DNA of 64,000 bases from Phoronis australis (taxonomy: Eukaryota > Animalia > Phoronida): the NCBI GenBank assembly GCA_002633005.1, contig NMRA01000004.1:1497245-1561244 (forward strand), given 5' to 3'. Each line of letters starts with the position of its first letter. Positions within the stretch are counted from its first letter, which is position 1. Of this stretch, positions 48,291 to 60,200 are shown piece after piece. The translations under genes and the position numbers were made by a program. The notes below the pieces were generated by a model. It did not search any database. It had not been told where the DNA came from and saw nothing but the letters and a program-made list of their open reading frames with translations.

Positions 48291-51101
48291 CAATGTAAGC
48301 CATTATGTACTCAAGCATAGAACATTAGAACATTGTGTTCGAACAAAAGTAAAAAAAGCCAAAAATAATTTAGAGTTTCATTCTGAGTAAAAAGATTAAA
48401 CTCTGGGCCCTGGTTGCTTTCGTGTCGGTAGCTTTTTTTGTTTTCCTTACTGACTTGATAACCAGAAGAAATAAAAGTACACCCAAACATTTTGTATTTT
48501 GTTTTCTTTCGGCACGAAACATGGCGTCAGATCGCTTACAAGTGCTTTGTAATCTCGTTTTGGTTCAGCAAGAAACCAAATGTCAAGTCACGTGTGTTGT
48601 AATTTGGCTTTTGTGTTCAGCAAGAACCACAAGGTCAAATCATTTACACTTTGTAATCTGGTTTTGTGTCAGCAAAAACCATCTATTATGAAGTGGTGCT
48701 GCAATTGCTTACTTATATTCTTAAGTAGCAAGTAAGGAGGTGTAGAAGCATCTGTGTTTTGGGTGGTCCCCTCTTTTTCTTTTTACAAGAATCTGAATTT
48801 CTTTGCCCCAATGATCCCCTGTTTTGGCGCTCAATTTTTGTACAACTTAATGTACACTCAGATTGTTAAACTAGGGTTTGTTACCATGGTATCGGGGTTA
48901 GGTGACCATATTCAGCTAATTCGGAAACTCATAAATGAACTAGTAATACACCATGACATGGAGGTTTCTCATAAACTCCCAAAAGTGGGTACTTAATGGA
49001 AGATGAAACTTGACGTGGTACTTAATTGGGTGGGTATTTCGTGGCTAGATTCCTTATGAAAAAGTGTCTTTCCTATTAAATTTGCTGCAAACGGGTCCAC
49101 TTGATGGTTGGAATTCTACAATAGGGCTACTGAGCACACTCTAAAGACCTGATGTACATTACTTGGGTTTGTTGTGTTACAAGACTACTGTCCAAAGTGA
49201 TGTTTATTCAATTTTAATTCAATAAAATCAGCATTTCGTCCAGTTAAATCCCCTACATAAGAATAACTTGAAACTGCTCCTTTTACATCTATTAAACTTT
49301 CTGCAAATGGTTCCCTTTTTTACAGTGATAACTCTCTGTAAGGGAGGTTTATAAATTATTATAAAAAATATGTCCAAATACCCTGGGTCAAGAGGTGTGA
49401 AGGGATGTACCTCGTGATATTTCAGACACAAGCTAGTGAGTAATGCATTGCTCTCTTTCAAGCCCGCTTGTTCACTCGGGAGTTTACTTAATCATAATGG
49501 GAAGTTGACAACACTGCACATTGGAAACACAGACAAACGCTGTCCATACTAGGGTGGTTTAGAGAATGGGTACCAAGACAGTACCAGCCGATGAGAAACC
49601 CTGCTCTAGACAATATTGACTTAACTTTCTGGCTCCTTCCATCAGCCTTTGCTTGGGAGAGTGATTCCTCCGACACATAGGCTCACCCAGAGCCATATTT
49701 AAGAACAGGATATGTTCAAAAGAATACCTATCGGTTTTTGCAAGAAAACCTAATGATTACACAAAAATACTTTGATCCAGTAAGTGATCTGACTGTTTCT
49801 TGATAGACACAGTGCGAGATTACAAAACATTGGTGATTTGACACTGTGCTTCCTGTTTAAACGAAACAAGAAAATTAGATGTTGTTGACTTGTAGATTTC
49901 ATTTTCTTTTTTCTTGTTGTCATTAGTTGGTACAAATAATGAAATGACGGTAAGTACACGAACCTTGTTGGATAATCAAATGTTGGCTGAGACATTCTTT
50001 TTGAGCTAAGACGTAGTTTTTTATTGTCACCATGTAGTGAAACTTGTTCTTTGCTCAGGGAACAAAATTCTAGCTTTTAAAGGAGGAAAGTAGTGTAGTG
50101 TCAATGACAGTCTAGCTGTGGAGGAAATGGAATTGCGAAGAGTAGATGTTTTACTGTGTATTTTCTGCCAAAAATGCTGACTTGCAAGTTGTCAGTTTGG
50201 GAATCAGATTGTACTAAACTATATGCTCAATTAGTGTAGTTTTGAATATGTGTTAGGGCTATTCAGGGTCAGATCCAGGAATTTAGTTGGGAAGGGAAAA
50301 GGTTTCATAAAGAGCAACAGCCTCATATATGTCAACCAGGGCAGAGAAAGCTGACAAGACTTGTTTTAAAGTGACATACTTGATGAAAATTGGTTATTTG
50401 AGATCGAGGCCCGGACCCTAATCTGTTTTATGCTCGAGTAATGGCTTACGTAGATGACTTTCTGATCCTGGTTTGCACTTGATGACCCCAGTATAAAACC
50501 TATAAATTTGTAGCACAGATATAGGGGTCATCTAGTGCAAACGTAGACTAGAAACTCACGTGCATAAACCATGAGATACTCGAGCACAGACTAATAGCCA
50601 TTTATCTTGAGTTTGCACAAGAGTAAAAAATAATTTCAAGTTTGATTTCAACTACAACGATTAAGCAATGACACCAGGTCTACGACGGATTCAAACACAT
50701 GACCTCAGCGGTGGTAGTTAATGGTTTGCTAGCATAGCTAAGCCCCACTCGGCAAGTAGCAATGGTACTTTAAGCATATTTTTAAATTGAGTTGAAACTG
50801 ATAATGGTAGTGGCCTCAGTTTCAGCGAATGACTGGAAGCCAATAGGTGAGGATTGTCAGTTTGCAATAAATCACAAAAACAATACATTTCATTGTTTTA
50901 TAGTGTTGGTTCAACCTAGTTACTTCAATAAGTTTCTCCTGTCCAACAATAATTCAAAAAATAAATTTTGATCCTAAAACTGAGGGTGTTCCTTTAACAT
51001 ATCCTACAAGAAAATGTGCTGTTATTTTAAATTCCTTAATTACCATTTTACGTTGTTTAAATCTCAGTTGTGACCAGTTGTTCACAAAAGATTAGAAGAA
51101 T

Positions 51102-51181
51102 TTAGGATGGGTCTTGTCTAAATCTGTCACTGTTATTGGTTTAGGATGGACCTTGTCTAAATCTGTCACTGTTATTGGTTT
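51102..51181 (+). repeat. 39-bp tandem duplication just upstream of the first coding Sulf exon
   Basis: TTAGGATGG..CTTGTCTAAATCTGTCACTGTTATTGGT occurs twice. Confidence 0.9.
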
Positions 51182-51212
51182 CTAATGATCAATTTGTTTT
51201 TCAGATGCTTCC

Positions 51213-54200
51213 ATGATGGATCTCAAATTCATTCTAATTTTCCTACTACTGCACTGTGCACAAGGCAGATTGAGGGGTCAGGATAGGTTTGGTCGCCGAT
51301 CTAATGTAGCTAGAGACAGGACACGCCACAGAACTGCAAGAAGTGGCAAGCCTAATATAATAGTTATACTAACTGATGACCAGGACTCTGAATTAGGTAA
51401 AATACTAGAACTGTCAGTAATAAAAGTTGAAAGTTGTTTTTGATCTGCTTTAAGTTAATTGGCTATAAAGTATTTATATATAACCGCATATTTTTCAAAA
51501 TCCTTGTAGAGCACTGTAAGACTGCCAAGACATTTATTATCACGACTGATTTTTTTTGGAAATTTGATGAATTTTTATGGCTATAAAGTATTAATATATA
51601 ACCGCATATTTTTCAAAATCCTTGTAGAGCACTGTGAGACTGCTAAGACATTTATTATCACGACTGATTTTTTTTGGAAATTTGATGAATTTTTATGGCT
51701 ATAAAGTATTAATATATAACCGAATATTTTTCAAAATCTTTGTAGAGCACTGTAAGACTGCCAAGACATTTATTATCACATGACTGATTTTTTTTGAAAT
51801 TTGGTAAATTTTTATGGCTATAAAGTATTAATATGTAACCATATATTTTTTCAAAATTCTTGCAGAGCACTGTAAGACTGCCAAGACATTTATAATCACA
51901 TGACTGATTTTTTGGAAGTATGGTGAATTTTCGCAAAGATCACCTTATTTTACTAAAACATGAAATTTTTCACTAACAATATGCGACTTTTATTTATTTA
52001 TTCTATTAGCTGAACTCTTAGTCCTACATAAAAAAGTCTCAGACACATTTTTGTAGCTTGTAGGATAAAAACCAAAATTTGCTGTGTTTGTGGGAATTTG
52101 GTGATCATGAAAAAGCAAGATTTTTTTAGAAAGAACACAGTGAGTGCTAGAGGAGGATTATAATGGTCTTCTGAGTAAGAAGCTTGGATGTTGCACCTGC
52201 CCAAATAGTTTGCTGAGACTTTAATACAGTAGCTAGGAAATTGAGATGAATACNATATATAACCGCATATTTTTCAAAATCCTTGTAGAGCACTGTAAGA
52301 CTGCCAAGACATTTATTATCATATGACTGATTTTTTTGGAAATTTGATGAATTTTTATGGCTATAAAGTATTAATATATAACCGCATATTTTTCAAAATC
52401 CTTGTAGAGCACTGTAAGACTGCCAAGACATTTATTATCATATGACTGATTTTTTTGGAAATTTGATGAATTTTTATGGCTATAAAGTATTAATATATTA
52501 CTGCATGTTTTTAAAAATCCTTGTAGAGCACTGTAAGACTGCCAAGACATTTATTATCATATGACTGATTTTTTTTTGGAAATTTGATGAATTTTTATGG
52601 CTATAAAGTATTAATATATAACCGCATATTTTTTTCAAAATTCTTGCAGAGCACTGTAAGACTGCCAAGACATTTGTAATTACATGACTGATTTTTTTGG
52701 AAGTATGGTGAATTTTCACAAAGATCACCTTATTTTACTAAAACATGAAAATTTTCACTAACAATATGCGACTTTTATTTATTTATTCTATTAACTGAAC
52801 TCTTAGTCCTACATAAAAAAGTCTCAGACACATTTTTGTAGCTTGTAGGATAAAAACCAAAATTTGCTGTGTTTGTGGGGAATTTGGTGATCATGAAAAA
52901 GCAAGATTTTTTTAGAAATAACATAGTGAGTGCTAGAGGAGGATTATAATGGTCTTCTGAGTAAGAAGCTTGGATGTTGCACCTGCCCAAATAGTTTGCT
53001 GAGACTTTAATACAGTAGCTAGGAAATTGAGATGAATACTTAAGCATGAATTGAAACCGTATACTGATGTTGAGATTGATAAATTGTACTGCATTTTTTG
53101 TGAAAAAGATACCTTTATGTCATTGTGATTGGCGTCATACTGCAGATAGATTGTAAGGCGCTTTGGATAAACAAGGCATTGTGTAAATGACAATGTCATT
53201 GTCAAAAAATGTTATCAATGTCATAGTTAGTGTTATTCCTGATGTTGTCGTTGTTGTTAGTGTGGTTTGTGTTATTGATGTTAAAAATGAATAATTATTT
53301 TGCAGGTTCCATGCAGTTCATGCCAAAGACACTCAAGATTCTGCGTGACGGGGGCGCCCACTTTACAAACTCATTCGTGACCACCCCCATGTGCTGCCCA
53401 TCGCGCAGTTCCTTTCTGACGGGCATGTATGTGCATAACCACAACGTGTACACCAACAATGATAACTGCTCTAGTGCCTCCTGGCAACAAAATTACGAGA
53501 ACAGAAACTTTGCCACTTACCTGAAGAGTGTTGGCTACAGTAATGGTAAGACTATTATGTTCTCTGTTCTTCAGTACAATAATTTGTCAGTAGCTCCTCT
53601 TGAAGACGGAATTCAGTAAACATGCAGCAATGTTCCCTATTAATGATTTTCGTACACTTACCCAAACTCTCTGTACATTTGTTGATTATCCACATGACAA
53701 CAACAGGGAAGACGGCCAAGAGACCTAACGAGAATAATTTAAATAACGGCTATATTTGGCGACGGGTCATGTCTCATCTTCGTGGGGGTGTGACGCAAAC
53801 TGACTTTGTTTTCCTAGTACGTTTGTATTTCAAGCAGCTATTGGCCTACAGGTGAGTCTTGTCCTTTTGTGACCTGTTGCTGTTAATCCTGTGTCATCTT
53901 ATTTCTGCCTGAACATGAGACATACGACCTTTATTTTAATTACTTGTCTTGTATATCTTGGAGGTCTTCTCTATTGTTATCCTGCAGATGATCGACAAAC
54001 ATACAGAGAACAAGTATGAATAAAAATCATAACCGGCAACCGTGCCATGCCTTTAGTGAATTCTGTGTTAATAGCAAACATTTTATGTCCAACTCTTTAG
54101 TGTTTTCAGAGTACAAATGTGATGGTTGCTTAACCCAGTTCTTTACCAGAACATTTTCAAGCCTTTGCAGAGGTATAGGACCCCCATATCCACTGCTTTT

Positions 54201-57200
54201 TTGAAGCAAATTTACTTTGTTTTATTTGTTTAGTCTGCAAATCAAGCCTGAATTTTGGTTGTCAATATAATGCTAGCAAAGTTTTATTGTTGGATAGCGA
54301 GTTACAATACTAACACCAAAACTTGTCAAGCTGGATGGGCAGGATATTTTATTTTTTCTTATTTATCTCCGCAGAGAAACTTTTAGCGACCTAACTTTTT
54401 GAAAACTAGGTCAACCACACAATGTGTTTTTCTAACCTCACGAAAGAGGAGAGTCTCATTGGGAATGTGATAATTATTGATGACTGTGTGGTCTTAAGCC
54501 TCAGCCCCATATCTCCACCTAAGCTTTGGTCATATCCCAACCAGAAAAGTTACCAGTGATCAACTTCATGTTTATAGATATTTCTAATTAGTTTTTTCAA
54601 CCATGAGTATCATGGCACTCAGACTCTCACATGGGTGACAGCACATCCTATTTAAGCCTGTGTGCAGGGATATTTCTTCCAAACTACTCTTAACTGTGGC
54701 TAAACTCTCAAAAGTTATTTTAATTCATGTACCTTTCAAGTTTAGATGGACACCTTTGGAACAACTGTAGTCTTTAAATATTTCTAACTCAAACAAGTGC
54801 TCCCGCAATCAACATTTCTTCGAATAATGCTTTGTTCCATCAATGAAATTGAAGACTGAACGCCATTACAGTCAATACGCTCAAGGTCAAACAGAAATTT
54901 ACAGAGGGTTATGGGGAGGTCATTGGTCTCCCACATAACGTGGAATTGTCATGAGAACGTGACAGGGAACTCAGGGTCTCACACTCCACTGGCTTATCTA
55001 CACTAATTTGTAAAGGCTTTGCCCAGTCACACGTTGTGGGTCATAAATGAGATGATGATACCTACAGCTCACGCGGCAAGCAGAAACTCTCGTTAATCAC
55101 ATCGGTGCAGACTTGCAGTAGAAATAAAGAATTACACTCTTATAGTCTTATAAACCATCCGACTGTCAATTTGTTTCGGGAGACTTAAGTCTCAATGCTG
55201 TGTGCCCAACAACGATGTGTTCACAATGATCAACATTAAAATAGAGAGCAAATATGTACCCCTTTTACTTTTTCCCAGCTTTCATTTCCAAATGGCTAAA
55301 ATTTCAGTTGTAAGCGAAAAAAATACACGGAAAAGACTAACTACTCATTACGTTGTGCGAGTTATGTTCTTGTAGTTACACTAAGTTGATTAAAATTGCA
55401 ATTTTTCTGCTAAACTTACTATAACAGGTGTTCTCATATTTGCAATATGATAGCATGAAATAGTTTAAAATGTTAATTGTAAGTTTAAGTCAATTTTGGC
55501 ATCTTTCTTTGTTGACAGTGAAACCGATTTACCGCGTAGTAATCTTTGAGACGATTCTCCACATGTCATTGAAAAGGGCGAAAATGTAAACGTGTAAGTC
55601 ATATTTCTTCAGGCACCTCTTTTCATCAAACCATCGGCTTCACGGGCAATAAAATGTAATCGGCCTAAAAGATCTGTGGTTTTCTGCTGAGCCCAGACCG
55701 TCAGGAGTTGCCCCATATACCAACTCTGGACGGTCTCTCACGACGATTTAACATAATGAGCACACCAAAAGGAGGCAGCACAGATGAGGCAACATGTCTA
55801 ATTAGTCGAGTGTTTCAGTCATGTTTTGATCTTCTTTACTGAATGATTTGGTTCATTGTTGTAGGTTACTTCGGCAAGTATTTAAATGAATACAACGGAG
55901 ACCATGTTCCAGTTGGGTGGCATCAGTGGCTGGGACTTGTGCGTAACTCAAGGTTTTATAACTACACGGTCAACTTCAATGGAGAGTTAGTGAAGCACAG
56001 GGATAACTATTATCGGGACTACTTCACTGACCTCATAGCCAATGACAGTGTGAGGTTTCTGAAACTGTCGAAGCGACAAAATCCAGAGAAGTACAGTGGT
56101 CATTACAGCTTTCAATGAAGATGTTATTCAATTTATAAGAAAACTATCAAGTATTCGAATCGTTGAATTTAGTGTGTGAATTGGGAAGTCAGATTTTTAT
56201 GTGTAACCAAACTCTGAATCCTAGCCCACACAATGAAACCTTCTTTGAGAATACAGTTTGAGGATCTAATTCTGGGAGTCTACTGGTACCCAGTTTATTT
56301 TTGAATAATCTATTAAACCAGTATAAGTGCTTTGCATGTTCACGGAGAGAGATCCATACCTTGACAACCATTCGCATTTTTGTTTTATGTCAAGAAGTCT
56401 TGGCTAATCTTATTTGTGAAAAACATTGTTAAAATACAAACCGTTAATGTTACATGAATATTTGGTATAGCTTTATTGTTTCAGCCCCCTTCCGAATGTG
56501 TTTGACCTATGCAAAAATTGAAAAACCTTTTTGTGCGGTATTAACACTTGAAAGAAGTTTAAAACCTCTGATTGCTAAATTGGCCAGCATGAAAAATGTT
56601 TTGGAAAAGTTAAGGCTTCATTTCACGCTGTTCAGCTGGCTAAAAGTGATCTCGTAATATTCCAGCCATTATAGGAGTCCATTTCTGCTACCAACTCAAG
56701 TCACTGGCAATCACTACATACACTGTTTTTGAATTTGCAATTTTAGGGTTGGTCAACCCCAATTGAGGCTGAAGCACTTTCTTCAGTCACTTATTGTTTT
56801 ATGTTTTTGATGGTAATGGAAGTAGAATACTATAATGGTGAGGAATATTACAAGACTGATTTCGTGGGAGTAAAAAGCCTGCAGTAATTTGATTTTCATT
56901 TTAGCTAGCCAAACAGGAAAAATTGCAGCTTTAGGTGAGGGCTGTGGGGAAAGACTGCCTACACCAGACCTCTTAATGGCAGGGTGATGAAGTGTTAGCT
57001 AAATGATACTTTAATCTTTGAGGGAGATACTTACTGTTCAGCAGCAGTTTTTGGCCAAATCTCAAATACAGGTTTTGGTATCTTTAAAAGTCATCAAGGA
57101 TTCTGCTTTAATTACAGAAAACACAACCTGCTTTATGATATAACATTCACCTCTGTATAACTTGTTCACAAAGTACAATTTTTACTTAAATTGGTTTATT

Positions 57201-60200
57201 CACTTACAGATTCCATTTCCATTGGTACTTATGTTCATAGTCCTGTTTGTTGTAACCAGCCCATCATAGTCATTGTTTGTTGTCTACTTCTAGGCCAATT
57301 ATGATGGTGCTAAGTATGCCAGCTCCCCATGGTCCTGAAGACTCAGCTCCCCAGTATCAGCACATGTTTAAAAATGTTACAACGCACAGGTACTGGCATA
57401 ATTATTTTAGAATACCTGCTTTAGTCTGATTTGAATATATCTATTGTTTGTAGGTAGGTAACTTAATGGTCAGTTTTGGACATGAAGGGCCTGTGAACAC
57501 GCAAGTTCACTTGAGACTTGACTGCAAAATTGACCATTCAAATGGTGTGAAATTGTAAAAAGTACTCGAAGTGTGTCACATGAATCATCAATTATCAAGT
57601 TGAGAGTAAAGATCGTTCTAAGATAGGGAACAACCAGGTGGCATGATAAATAAGCATAATTGTTTTATTTCATTTTATCAAACTTTGTATACTTCAACAT
57701 GTTCTACATTTTCTAGATGTGAGCTGGTACATTATTAGCATATCTTTCAGAACACCAAGTTGGAATTTTGCCCCAAATCCTGACAAACAGTGGCTTTTAC
57801 AAGTTACTCCAAAGATGGAGCCCATTCGACAGGCCTTCACAGATCTTCTGCATCGGAAGAGACTTCAAACATTACAATCTGTGGATGATGCTGTAGAGAA
57901 GGTGACTGTGTACCATTAATGAATGGTGTGAAGATCTAGGAATTGTCTATAATTTGTTTGCGTATGTTTTTTCAACGAAACATCTAATTTAAGCCAAATC
58001 TAAACATTGGCTTGGGTTCCATTCTTATTTCAGAAATAGGAATCAATACACAATAAGCCTTCAATGTTATGCACTATTTGCTGTCTGTAGATATGTATTT
58101 TCATTCACTAGTTATACTAGGATGTTTTGCAACGGAGGTCCACGGTTCCGCATTTTGTGAATCATTGCAGTTTGCTCCACTGAATAAGGGATAACTGGTC
58201 CTCAAAATTCAGGACGCTTGTAAGTGATTAATGCCAAAAACTGTATAGGAACCCCACAGAAGTAGGCTAGTTTTATGAGCAGACTTTAGGTGGTGTTACT
58301 AGTCTGTGCTTAGCTTTAAGTTGTATTGCCTCTCTTTGTATGTTTAAGGTATACGCAGAGTTGAGGAATTTAGGTGAACTAGACAATACCTACATAGTGT
58401 ATACTTCAGACCATGGTTATCATTTGGGCCAGTATGGTCTTATCAAAGGAAAAGCCATGCCATATGAGATGGATGTCAGAGTACCATTCTACATCAGAGG
58501 GCCGGGAATCAGGCGTGGTGTAAGGTAATGAAGCTGCAGTTCTTTATTAAGTCTGTTTCAAAATTGATTTGTTAGATTTGATGTTGTGAAATTATATTAA
58601 ACTTAAAACGGTAATGTTTGGCAAATGTTGGATGTGTTGTTTGCTACAATTTCATTAAATCTCTGCACCCAACAAACTCTGCGAATACATGTAGTCAGTA
58701 TCTTGTTTCTCCATTGTCCCCTGTTGCCTTTGCTTGTCCATCGATTTTCTCAAAAACTGCTTAACAGATCATGATAAAACTTGGCATAGAGTCATGGGAC
58801 AGTCAATTTTCAGATGGATTTGACTGCCATTGCACCTCGTGTTGGCTATTTTGATTTTTGGTAAGGAATGTCTTGTGCTTAAACTGTTACTAAAAGTGTT
58901 GACTTATTTTTGTGAAACTTGACACAAATGTTTGTAGCTCAGATGCACTGGCAATGCATAATTGGACACAGATTGTACTTTTCTGGCATCCCTGTGAGAT
59001 ATTAGATGTGGTTGCATTATTGTCAAAATGGTTTGACATATTTTCTGATGGTCTTTGACATAGAGATCTATGGATGAGATATGTTATGATATAATAGTGG
59101 TCAAATTAATCTAATTATATTGCATGATACTAATAACGAACCTTAGAAGCACACTGTTTGTGGTGCAGTCATGGACACATGTCAATGCTTTGTGTGAACA
59201 TTTGGTGGAATTGAACATTTCCGAACAACAATTGTGTCGGTATCTTATGATGCAGCTTTTTTCAATGAGTATACTCTGTATCTGAAAAACACCTGAAGAA
59301 CAATATAAAGATATAAGCTTTATCACCAGGTGGAGATAGATTATTTTGTGGACAATATTCAGCATAAATTCTTTGCACTCGTAATGCCGTCGAATTATCA
59401 TTGTTGAGTAGTGGGATATATTTGTTGAAGACGATACATGCTGAAAAGTCCAAACTCACAAAATGACTGTGAATGAAAGAAATTGCTTTTCATTTTTCAA
59501 TTCAGCTCATCTCGGTCACTAGAATTTTAAATTTGGCTAAGCAAAATTTGCTTTCATTCACTAACAATGCTAAAGAATTGTACGTCGCATGTTCAAACTT
59601 CAGGATGGATTTTCATTTTTTAACATTATTTCTTGTCAAGGATACCACATATTGTGCTGAATATTGACGTAGCCCCCACAATCCTTGAGATGGCTGGAGT
59701 AGTTGCACCAGCTCACATGGATGGCAAGTCCATCTTCAACATTCTTGGACAGACTGGAGATCCTAACAAGTGAGTATCTCAGCCATGAAGCACCAGTGTT
59801 GACTTTAAGACAGGATAAGGATTATTAAGTACAACTCTTGATTTTGAACCACTTTCATTGTAGTGCAATGAATTTGATTTTACATTCTGTCTTACATTCT
59901 AGTTTTGAGAACCTTACCTTGTTAAAAAAATAATCGCAGCCAGTCGGGTACACATTATAACCAGAAATGCGCATGCAGGTTGGGCCCACTACACTGGTCA
60001 CCTGGAACCATTTTTATGCTTTTTCATTAATATTTAGTTAAAATCGAGCTGAGGAGCTAGAGATCTGTCTCAAGGGTCTAGCAGTGTAACCTAGTGGGAC
60101 TCGAATCCATGACCTCGAATAAAGAAATTGAAAGCTATCCCACTAGGCCACACTGCCTCCACTAAACCTTACCTTGTTGGTGCCAATGTAAATGTTTTGG

